16,517 bases of DNA from Ginkgo biloba (Eukaryota; Plantae; Ginkgophyta). The stretch covers positions 161,855,231 to 161,871,747 of the forward strand of contig JANKJI020000002.1 in assembly GCA_024626585.2 (NCBI GenBank). The letters are read 5' to 3'. The notes under the pieces were generated by a model that was not told the DNA's origin, ran no database searches, and worked only from the letters and a program-made list of their open reading frames with translations. Positions 1-8,857 of the stretch are shown one piece after another. Each line of letters opens with the position of its first letter. Positions within the stretch are counted from its first letter, which is position 1. The position numbers and the translations under genes are program-made.

Positions 1-1
1 C

Positions 2-178
2 CTCTAAACCATAGAGAGTTGTGGGTGCAATGATGATGTTGAACAGTTTCATCTTGGATGGGATGTCCTGAAAATGGAGCTGGAAGCACTGATGCTCAAG
101 CAAAGCCAAAGAAGCGTACCCTTTGCAAAGGCAAGCTTGGGACGATGATTGCATTGCAGATTGTTTTCTTGAAATTCC
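2..178 (-). mobile_element. Non-LTR retrotransposon (LINE) ORF2 fragment, region C-terminal to the RT core; runs off the window start
   Basis: Minus-strand frame 178->2 reads ...QACLCKGYASLALLEHQCFQLHFQDIPSKMKLFNIIIAPTTLYGLE. This resembles the LINE post-RT motif 'K(L)xLFxxxVxPxLLYGxExW' as I recall it. It lies in intron 3 of the GTF3C2-like gene. Confidence 0.7.
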
Positions 179-349
179 AGTTTTTCACTTTACCGTGCTT
201 TATTTTACTCTGTTGTATTTCCTAGTTTCTTAGTTTAGACCTGGGGTTGCTGACAGAGCTCCCTTGGAGTTGTAATGCATGCTTGTATTTTCAGTCCCAT
301 TGACTGCTTTTTGATCAGGAGTGGACATTAATATATTTCTATTTCTATA

Positions 350-718
350 CTATTTGTCATATTTGTTTTGCATGCATTTGGTATTAGACTTTAGTATCTT
401 TTATTCCAGCTTGTATGCAATATCAAATATGCTAGATTAATATAGCATGGTTCATATACCAGATGTATATACACTTCAGTATTATGGACATTGTCCATTT
501 CAAGATGTAAGAGGTATGATTTCATTTCTGATTTGTTTTCTCAAACTTCCAGTTTTTCTTGAGACTATTTGTCATATACATTTCACATGCATTTAGTATT
601 ACACGTTAATATTTTTTATTCCAGCTTGTATGCAGTATGAAATATGTCAGATTAATAAAGCACGGTTCATATATCAGAGGTATATAGACTTCAGTATTTT
701 GGACATTGTCCATTTCAA
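350..718. repeat. Diverged direct duplication of about 154 bp (350-503 and 565-718, offset 215)
   Basis: Both copies run ctatttgtcat...ttattccagcttgtatgca...ggttcatata...cttcagtatt.tggacattgtccatttcaa. The upstream motif gat(t)tgtttt..t.aaa.ttccagtttttc is also shared (about 159 and 530). Confidence 0.9.
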
Positions 719-1281
719 AACAAGTTTATCAATGTTTTTGTTTATTTAAAGTATTTAAACACTCAAACACAGATAATGAATCAATTATGTGNNNNNNNNN
801 NTACATGGAATTTGACCGATGTTCTAATTCCCTTCCCAACCAGAAATATGCTGGACCTGCACCTAGGAACCAAGGTTTTGAAGAAGACACGCAGTTGCAA
901 CATAGACGTCTAAACCAGGTGAATGTTTGTGCATAACTTTGAAAAGAAGTTAGGGTCTAGCTTAGACCAAAGCTCTATAATCATTAATAATATAACATTT
1001 TTATATATGACAAATTGTGACAATTCATTTTCCGTAAATTTGAAATAAGAAAAGTTGTTGAATCATCTACTTTCTGATCATGGGCACAAACCTCAGATCC
1101 TTAGAAAACTGTATGTAATTTGTACTAAATGACCAATTATTGTATTGTAGCATTACACTCAAGAAGTGCTAAGCATTGACCAATATGCATTTTGTAAAAG
1201 CAGTTGATCTGAAGCATTTCAATCCAATAACCCTGAGCTGATACAGTATGTAAGAATGTGCAATTTCAAGGCTGTAACTAC

Positions 1282-1375
1282 CTCACAGCTAATTTGGCTT
1301 CCTGTCCCCTGATGTCCTTTAGGGCACCAGTCCAATGCCCAAACAGATCCACCCACATTTAGTATGAAGTCATTG
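1282..1375 (-). CDS. GTF3C2: GTF3C2-like exon 3 (start of WD40 region)
   Basis: ttcag|C AAT GAC TTC ATA CTA AAT GTG GGT GGA TCT GTT TGG GCA TTG GAC TGG TGC CCT...TGT GAG|gtagtt. The exon is 94 nt, open, and encodes NDFILNVGGSVWALDWCP...CE. Confidence 0.9.
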
Positions 1376-1457
1376 CTGAACAGTAAAAACAGAGGGTTAA
1401 TACCAGTCAGAAAAAGATAACTAAGGGTAAATATTTAATGGAAACAACAATACTTAC

Positions 1458-1493
1458 AAAACCCAAAGAAACATGGCCAATGCATAGGACTGT
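1458..1493 (-). other. Candidate 36-nt frame-preserving cassette exon in GTF3C2-like intron 2
   Basis: tttttag|acagtcctatgcattggccatgtttctttgggtttt|gtaagta has a strong donor and a pyrimidine-rich acceptor. It is phase 2-2, has no stop (QSYALAMFLWV) and sits 82 nt from exon 3. It is not needed for the recalled homolog spacing. Confidence 0.35.
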
Positions 1494-1731
1494 CTAAAAA
1501 TAAGTCAGTATACAGCTATTTATCCCTACATTCAAGTATACACTCCAGATTGATTCTGATTCCATCAAATGCTTGGTTATTTAACTAATTTGCCCATTTT
1601 GTTTTATATGCCATGTTTAAGTTGCCACCTTGATCCCAAAACTTGATTAGTTAGGCTTTATTGTATATACTGCCATCAAGGATTGCACTTAAAGATGCAA
1701 TCAAATTAGCTGGCTAGGCATAGCATTTTTA

Positions 1732-2240
1732 GCCATTACTAACAGAATTAGATTGCTTTTGCCAGCATACTCTCAGGCCCGAACAAACAGGTTTTATCAA
1801 AAGCAAATATATTGTTGATAATCACATTGTAGTCTGGGAGGGAACAGGGTGAGCGAGAGAGACTTAAAAAACAAAACGACATTCTCATCAAGATGGACAT
1901 TAAGAAAACCTATGATAGGACAGAATTGTCATTCATCCTTGCAATGCTGGCAGCTTTTCAAGTGGGAGAATATTTTATCAAAATGACAAAGGCTTTGTTT
2001 GTTGATGCCTATGCCTGTTTCACCATTAATGGGGCATGAACTGATACAATTGGCCTAAGCTGACTTTTGGCCCCTCCATTCTTGTCTTAGTTGTAAATAG
2101 CCTTGGTTACTTGATAGCCCACAAAGTAGCTCAAGGAAGGCAGGATGGTAGTCTCATTTCCAGTGAAAATGGGCAGCAAAATGGTCAATGGTCACTTTGC
2201 TGATGACCCCTTCCCTAATATTGTGGAGGAGGAATCAAGT
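1732..2240 (+). mobile_element. Decayed L1-type LINE reverse transcriptase fragment, antisense to the host gene
   Basis: Across frameshifts and stops it reads LRPEQTGFIKSKYIVDNHIVVWEG; ILIKMDIKKTYDRTELSFILAML (the KLDFEKAYDRxEW motif); KALFVDAYACFTING; and MVNGHFADD (catalytic FADD). The RQGCP motif appears to be deleted. Confidence 0.88.
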
Positions 2241-4559
2241 AATGGAGTCAATGAGCCTCCAAATTTAACATATAGTAGAGGAAAACAGAATGTTCCACAT
2301 AGAGCAATAAAGAGAAGCTTCCTTGGCTTCACCAGCTTCCATGTTTTGCCATTATTTAAGCCATACCTTCGAGATGCAATGTTCCAAGAAGTGTCTCAAG
2401 AGAATCTGGAGTAGAATCCAGTTGCAAACGAGTTTGCAGCTATGATCAAGGATATGTTTACACAAAAGGAACAGGTCAAACTAACTGTGACTAGAATGGG
2501 GCATAAGAAAGACCAAAACGAACCATATGATAAGATTGTCACAGTCGAAGGTATGCCAATAAGGCAAACAAAGTCTGCACCAAATTTGACTCAACCCCTC
2601 AGTTAATTTCCTTTGTTTATGGCATCCAGATTTTGATTCATGTGCCAATGGATATAGTTATCTTTTGGCGTTGATAATGTTACCAGTCCAGAAAAATCTA
2701 TAAAGCCTATAACCATATAGGCTTCGTCAAAGGATATCCCAATTGGTAGCATGATAATTCCTTCGGATTCCATATATGACCATTGATAATAAAGGTGTTA
2801 TTTANNNNNNNNNNNNNNNNNNNNNNNNNNNNNNNNNNNNNNNNNNNNNNNNNNNNNNNNNNNNNNNNNNNNNNNNNNNNNNNNNNNNNNNNNNNNNNNN
2901 NNNNTCCCCAGCGAAAACCTCACTCTTTGAAGCTCATTAGGTATAGTGACCCTCAACCAAGCGTGATGCAGTGCAGGTACCAAACTAGATGCGATACATG
3001 TACAAGGCTCAACCAAACAACTTCCAGAATAGTACAACTCCCTTCTGTAGCTTCATTGGACCTTCGAACAACTCCAAATGACGTAGAAATCCATCCAATG
3101 AGGGCACCTCCAGTTGTGGCAAGTGTTAAGGTCTTTCCTCTCCAAAAAGCCCTTAAAAAAGTCGCTAGAATGCAGGGATAGCCTCACGACTCAGCTTAGT
3201 ACAACAACAAGTCAAAAACAGTGACTTATAAGAGTGTAGAAAGATAACCAAAAAGCAAAAAAAAAACTCTTGGATTGAAGACGTCTTCAATTCCAAGTAC
3301 AATAGCAACGTAGAGAAAGAAGGATCTTCCCCCTTAACGTCATCTTTAGCCCTTCTTAAATACTAAAAGAGGATAATNNNNNNNNNNNNNNNNNNNNNNN
3401 NNNNNNNNNNNNNNNCTAACCCCTAAGGACCCCTCTGTAGTGGTGATGAGACCTTAGATGGATAGCACTAAGGGTTGAGGTGACCCTTTCTCTTTCCTTA
3501 GGGTGATTTTCTCTCTCGAGGGTCCCATCACCAAGTTTAGTCAAAGTTTAGAAGATTATCATGTTGACTTCATAACTAAGCTTCTTCTTTAAGCCACCTT
3601 TGTCTGCTACGAAACAATTGCTCTCAAGGGGCTCTTTTAAGGCATCTAAAGGCTCACTTCTCAAGGTTGACTTGGTGATTACCCAAACTGTAACACTTTT
3701 CAAGCAAAGTTGCCCTACTTTTCGGGGAAAATTGTCACGTAAAAGGGGAAAGGCATTGCATAGAGGGCAACACCGCCATGCTCAAGCCAATCGCCACACC
3801 TTTGTCTTCGAGCAATTTTTCAGAGAACAAAATCTTGCAAAATCTCTGTAACAGAATTGTGCGGTTGATAGCAAGTTGTATTGTACCTCTAGAAATTGCA
3901 GAGTAGGTTTCCAAACTTGTGTATTGGTCGCATGTGCATCTACAACAAGATTTATTCACCACAAAGCATTAAACACAAATCTTTATCATCCATTAATAAC
4001 TCTCCAATAGGGCTATTTATTCTTCCAAAATGATTCTAGTCCCGTATTTAAGGCTTCGGAAAAATGGGCTACCATGTTCCAATACACACCTAATATTGGC
4101 AATATGCAAGCACTGTATCACAAGCCACCACCAAACNNNNNNNNNNNNNNNNNNNNNNNNNNNNNNNNNNNNNNNNNNNNNNNNNNNNNNNNNNNNNNNN
4201 NNNNNNNNNNNNNNNNNNNNNNNNNNNNNNNNNNNNNNNNNNNNNNNNNNNNNNNNNNNNNNNNNNNNNNNNNNNNNNNNNNNNNNNNNNNNNNNNNNNN
4301 NNNNNNNNNNNNNNNNNNNNNNNNNNNNNNNNNNNNNNNNNNNNNNNNNNNNNNNNNNNNNNNNNNNNNNNNNNNNNNNNNNNNNNNNNNNNNNNNNNNN
4401 NNNNNNNNNNNNNNNNNNNNNNNNNNNNNNNNNNNNNNNNNNNNNNNNNNNNNNNNNNNNNNNNNNNNNNNNNNNNNNNNNNNNNNNNNNNNNNNNNNNN
4501 NNNNNNNNNNNNNNNNNNNNNNNNNNNNNNNNNNNNNNNNNNNNNNNNNNNNNNNNNNC

Positions 4560-5200
4560 TCAATTTTCTCTTCTTAAACCGTTTCATTCAATTATTTCTC
4601 CTCTTCTTATATCACCTCCATCAAATGCTCCTTTTACTTTGGCAATATCATGGCTTGGTATAGGCTCATGCTAGTTGGGTACTTCCATAGATCTCTTAGG
4701 ATATTATAATATAAAAGAGATAAAGCCTTATAAAATGAGGAATCCCATTTTGGGCGTGTAATTTAATATGGATTTCCTCATGGAGTATCACTTACATTTT
4801 TATAACCCTAATTCTAGGAAGGTTATTAGTGAGAGGGTCGTTGGTCTTGAGTAATTTTGAATTTGTCCTTGGTGGCTTAGGACCTAGTTTGCACCAACAA
4901 GTTTTCTTCATCAGGGTCACCTTCTTCCCCATCTTATATTAGCATGGTAAAATTAGTAGTGAATTTACCAAATCTTGAGTCCTATCTAATGGGATCCTTG
5001 AACCNNNNNNNNNNNNNNNNNTGGTTTTCTCATTAAAAACCTAATCATCATAGTGATTGTAATCTATTTTATGATTGGACACAGTTGGATCTACTTTTGG
5101 TATTTACAAGAAGGAAATTTTCCTATTACCTTTCTCTTGAACTTATTTCTTGAGCATTGTGATCTTATTCCCCATATCTAACTTTGAATAATCAACAATT
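4560..5200 (-). mobile_element. Decayed Ty3/gypsy-type gag C-terminal fragment within intron 2
   Basis: Minus-strand pieces are LDMGNKITMLKK*VQEKG, EEGDPDEENLLVQTRS* and YNILRDLWKYPTSMSLYQAMILPK*KEHLMEVI. The last resembles the recalled pre-protease motif 'YNIxEDLKKxKANISLFELxKLP' of conifer gypsy elements. The N gap at 4137-4558 hides the continuation. Confidence 0.55.
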
Positions 5201-5954
5201 AACATGAATTGAATTGCGTGGCAAGTGTCTATGATGTGTTGTCTAAGGAGTTGTTATAGGGATGTGTATAATAATGAGGATTTACATGTTATTAGTAATC
5301 ACAGTCATCTTGATATACACAATATAGCTTACAGGTGAAGCTAGCAGTTGTCTAGGATTATGTTCCTAGGCTTCTCCAATAATCTTAGCTTGACCCGGTT
5401 CAAAGTTAGCACCATCAATACTGTTAGTGTATGTAAGGTCAGCTATGGATGCTTGCAGATATAAATGCACACATTGCCGCCATTTGTACCATCTTGGATT
5501 CTGGTCTATAAGGGTTCTATATGGATATTGGGTTGCCTGTATGCAGACACTGAATATACGGGACCAGATTTGCAGGAATTGTTGTAAGTAAACTTTTGAA
5601 TCGGTTTGTTCTCTCTGCATATCAGAGCTGAATATTCTGGGTTATGCTTGTTGAGCCATCTTGTTTATGTTTAATATGGCTGGAATTCTCGTTATAGGGA
5701 AGAACCATATGTTCTACATGACTTTCAGGTATCTAGGACAGACTTGAGACAGATATAGATTTGGCCTCCTATATGCATCATTTTGTGGATTACACTATGA
5801 AACAAACCGAGAAAAATAATGAAAAATGAAAACAGCAACAAAGAGAAAGATTTTGTATATACTTTTATTTTTCCTCATACAACAGATGAAGATGTCAAAG
5901 GGGGGAATTAAAATCAATTTATGTAAATTTATGCAGCAGATATAAATCACCTAC

Positions 5955-5998
5955 CCAGAGTTTGTGGTCCTTGAATTGTTGCAAGATGCTTTCTCCAA
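5955..5998 (-). CDS. GTF3C2: GTF3C2-like exon 2
   Basis: ttattgcag|TTG GAG AAA GCA TCT TGC AAC AAT TCA AGG ACC ACA AAC TCT GG|gtaggt. The exon is 44 nt with phase 0 start and phase 2 end, and joins exon 3 as GG+C. It gives a 15-residue linker, the same length as in the recalled Arabidopsis homolog. Confidence 0.78.
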
Positions 5999-6107
5999 CT
6001 GCAATAACAACGAACAAGATGTACCGAAGTGAGGTAAATAAAAAGCACGCAGGGGTTCACAGAGCAATCCTAAGAGTCCATCAGAATAGAACTGCACAAT
6101 AAATCAC

Positions 6108-6388
6108 CTTTGGAATGGCAGCAGAAGAAAATTGAGGTAGAACTGTTCCAAGACCAGTATCTTTGATTTCAGAATCCTTATTCTCGTAAGCAAACTTTAA
6201 GGCTTTTGAATCAATGGCATATTGACAATAAGACTGTCAGTCTCTCAAGAATGTGATTCTGGAAAGAAGACGCTCAAACGACTTGAACCTGCAACCTCCT
6301 TCCTCCACTTTTGCAATTTCAAGAAATAATTTACCACTAATCTCAAATGGCTCTCAATACAAGTATCAAATCTAGCTATTGCAACCAT
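6108..6388 (-). pseudogene. GTF3C2: GTF3C2-like exon 1 with a frameshift (about 6335) and a premature TGA (6239-6237)
   Basis: The ATG at 6388 begins MVAIARFDTCIESHLRLV in one frame. SRITFLRD*...LPQFSSAAIPK|gtgatt is in a different frame, consistent with a 1-nt deletion. The true 5' boundary is uncertain, because a K/R-rich stretch extends upstream to about 6520 behind a TAA. Confidence 0.82.
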
Positions 6389-6611
6389 TCCTTAATTTTT
6401 TAGAGCTTTCGTGCCTTTCTGTTCTCCATTTTTGTGATGTCCTCCGCTACCCTTCCTCCTCTCCTTCTTTTTGATTATGCCATGAATAATGTTAGACAAA
6501 ATATCCTTGATTTCCCCCATTCCTACCTCTCCCTATGAATTATTTTTTCTCAAGCATTGATCTCCCACTCTCTTATCTTTAGTTAATCTAGTAGATTAAG
6601 AAGACACAATT

Positions 6612-6722
6612 TCAAAAGAATTGTTCATCTTTCTCAACTTCCCCTTCTCTCTTAAAAATATGAACTAATGTGTTCATGGTGACCTCATCAGGTTGAATAC
6701 CTTGAGATTTCATGCACTCCAT
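6612..6722 (-). pseudogene. Isolated P-class pentatricopeptide repeat (PPR) gene fragment
   Basis: Reads MECMKSQGIQPDEVTMNTLVHIFKREGEVEKDEQFF*, which has the PPR consensus MxxxGxxPDxVTxNTLxxxxxRxGxVExAxxxF. PDEVTMNT recalls the At1g73710/At3g23020-type PPR proteins. No neighbouring intact repeats were found. Confidence 0.78.
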
Positions 6723-7018
6723 ACACATTCTTCAACCCATCTAAAATCCTCTCTAACTACTTCATTATTGTAACCAACCAACCATTCCATCCTAATGTGT
6801 CTCATATAGTTGTATTCCTCTTCTCTCCCATAAAATAGTAAGCAGAGTAACGAAACATTATTTTCTCTTCAGCGAGAATTTAATATTGTTTATTATTCAA
6901 AGATTCATTCAAATTGGGNNNNNNNNNNNNNNNNNNNNNNNNNNNNNNNNNNNNNNNNNNNNNNNNNNNNNNNNNNNNNNNNNNNNNNNNNNNNNNNNNN
7001 NNNNNNNNNNNNNNNNNN

Positions 7019-7345
7019 GCCTATTTTACCAAGGGCCTTAACCTTGAGGCTTATCTAGCCATCCGTCGTCTAAAGCCCCTCACTTATCAACAAGTTATCA
7101 CTATGTCCCTAGACTATAAAAATTATGTCAAAATTGTGTTTAGGGGTGTTGGCCCTTCATCCTCGCATCTTCTAGAACAAGGGTCTTCTATAGGGAAGTT
7201 GCTCATGCTCATGGAGTATTTTTTACAAAGACCTCTCGCACGTCCAACAAGTGTAACACTCCCAATAAATAAGGGTCAGTCACAACAGCCTCGGGGGGGA
7301 TCATCCAACAAAGGGGGAATTGGTAGGCCACCTCTTAATTCATAA
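7019..7345 (+). mobile_element. LTR-retrotransposon gag-like fragment
   Basis: AYFTKGLNLEAYLAIRRLKPLTYQQVITMSLDY fits the gag capsid C-terminal pattern F.xGL..xI+..xPxTxxxAxxxA, followed by a low-complexity G/S/Q/P tail. It is bounded on the left by an N gap. Confidence 0.55.
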
Positions 7346-8202
7346 TGAATAGTTGGTCCAATGATGCACGATAATAGAGGGACCATTCATGATCATGAGA
7401 TTCATCAAATAATTATGTTGCCTATCCTTATCCTCCCCTTCAAAAGTCATTTTTTTTCTTACCCTTTGATCTTGTCTCATTCTTTTCAGCTTCGGCTCTT
7501 GTTTCGGCTTGCATTGCACTTGCTTCTTCCATTCTACTCCCTTCAACCTCTACCATGTCTGTAACACGCAATTGAAAACACGGGTTGTAATGCCCTAAAT
7601 TGTTAAATGGGGTGAAAATAACGTGGCATATGTTCTATCCATGTAGACTGAAACACAGACATTTTGGAATATTCAACATATTGTGGACCCTATTTGACCG
7701 CTACAAGTACTCCACTGCTCACTCGTCCTTCTGCCGCATTTTTTCATTTCCCTTCAACACCGCCCTTTCCCCTATCATGGGTGTAACCAAAGTTTTTATC
7801 ATGGTCATCTCCATAAGAGGCTTAGTAATTTCAAATCACTACTCTACTCTCATAAAAGAAAAACTCCCCTTAATACCTCTTAGGCTTAGGCCAATGTGTC
7901 CTCCACTCTAGGTGTTAATCCCTCTTTGGCCATTATCATAGATACTTATAATATTTTAAAATTAATGATTAATTCATAGAAATTACTAATTATTGGTTAG
8001 TTAATATATAGGGAATCTTAATAATAAATAACTTTTTTTTTTTTTTTTTTCAAAAAATAAGTGGATTTGTATNNNNNNNNNNNNNNNNNNNNNNNNNNNN
8101 NNNNNNNNNNNNNNNNNNNNNNNNNNNNNNNNNNNNNNNNNNNNNNNNNNNNNNNNNNNNNNNNNNNNNNNNATGATTGCATTTGTAATGGTCTTTGCTT
8201 CC

Positions 8203-8692
8203 ACTCATGCTAGATTATTAGAGAATAACTTTGTTATCTATAAATTGTGGGTATCCTTGTAGTTAGATAAAATGTCAGTAGTGTCAACCTACACTCCTAG
8301 TAGAATGTTAGAGGACAACCTTGTTTTGTATTAAATTGTAAGTGTCTTTTGTAGTTATATAAAATGTTTACTGATCTCGATGTGCACTTTTGTTTGTTTG
8401 CTCAAGGATAACTTTGCTATCAACTTGTGATTGCATTGTAATTAAAGACATTATCTTGTTAATAAATAGATGATTGGTTATCTCTTTGCCCCATTTCTAA
8501 TTCCTCATTTATAGGGAAGTTGTTGTTTAATTCTTTGTCTTCATGTTGACGAAATAGGAAAGTTTTATGTAATATTATATATAAAATCTATGCAATAAAT
8601 TTTGTAAAAGGAATTTGCAACTAAAGAACTATCTTTTGACTAAGTTTGTGGTATATGTAATAATGTATATGAAATCTACAATATAAATTTGC
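8203..8692. repeat. Degenerate tandem repeats with about 90-bp period
   Basis: Units start at about 8203, 8293 and 8386 and share ga.aac.ttg...aa.ttgt...ttgta.tta.a.a. A second pair, tgtaata.t.tatat.aaatcta...ataaattt, occurs at 8568 and 8656 (offset 88). Confidence 0.6.
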
Positions 8693-8857
8693 TCCCCTAT
8701 AATTTGGTTTCTTATTGTAATTACAATTATGAATCATTTGAAACCTTCCAAGAAGTAGTGTTTTCAAGGATAGTATTTTGGCTATCATATGTTTTTTTAA
8801 GACCCCTTAAATTGNNNNNNNNNNNNNNNNNNNNNNNNNNNNNNNNNNNNNNNNNNN

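Larger units (their letters stand above)
1282..6388 (-). pseudogene. GTF3C2: 5' part of an intron-containing general transcription factor IIIC subunit 2 (GTF3C2/Tfc6-like WD40) gene, disrupted in exon 1; continues beyond the window start
   Basis: The spliced reading is MVAIARFDTCIESHLRLV/frameshift/KLFLEIAKVEEGGCRFKSFERLLSRITFLRD*QSYCQYAIDSKALKFAYENKDSEIKDTGLGTVLPQFSSAAIPK|LEKASCNNSRTTNSG|NDFILNVGGSVWALDWCPKGHQGTGSQISCE|. It matches the plant family as recalled from Arabidopsis At1g19485 (FDYSAESHL..SSVTFLREW..LPQFSSARAPK..KDFVMHVGGSVWAMEWCP..KCE). Introns are GT-AG at 6107-5999 and 5954-1376 with consistent phases. Confidence 0.85.

Noticed and set aside
706-936. 76-aa plus-strand ORF
   Set aside because: It spans an N gap, starts within a duplication, lies antisense in an intron and has no recognisable motif.
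1483-1494. gacagtcctat in the candidate cassette exon resembles gacagtcttat around the exon 1 stop (both read QSY)
   Set aside because: It is an 11-nt match with one mismatch, too short to distinguish from chance.
3269-3297. Near-perfect palindrome cttggattgaagac/gtcttcaattccaag; ttggattgaag resembles the 5' part of miR159, and gagctccctt at about 256 resembles its complement
   Set aside because: The matches are only 10-11 nt and 3 kb apart, with no full mature sequence or precursor-length hairpin.
4030-4674. Long ORFs in the supplied track spanning N runs (also 2783-3181, 8001-8204, 13157-13615, 14921-15230)
   Set aside because: They are artefacts of translating through assembly gaps.
5951-5998. 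Alternative exon 2 reading (WRKHLATIQGPQTLGR) using the ag|gtgatt donor at 5950
   Set aside because: It is incompatible with the phase-0 end of exon 1, since that frame reaches TAG before this donor. The gg|gtaggt donor gives the correct phase and linker length.
6237-6239. In-frame TGA at a conserved Trp position as recoding (readthrough, selenocysteine, alternative code or RNA editing)
   Set aside because: The context is a spliceosomal nuclear plant gene, and there is an independent frameshift about 95 nt upstream. TGG to TGA is the common transition seen throughout the window.
7340-7911. Short ORFs 7340-7546, 7361-7564 and 7600-7911, and LTR-start-like tgtaacac/tgtaatgccc motifs near 7560-7595
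   Set aside because: There are no recognisable protein motifs and no partner LTR in the window. It is probably TE debris but cannot be supported.
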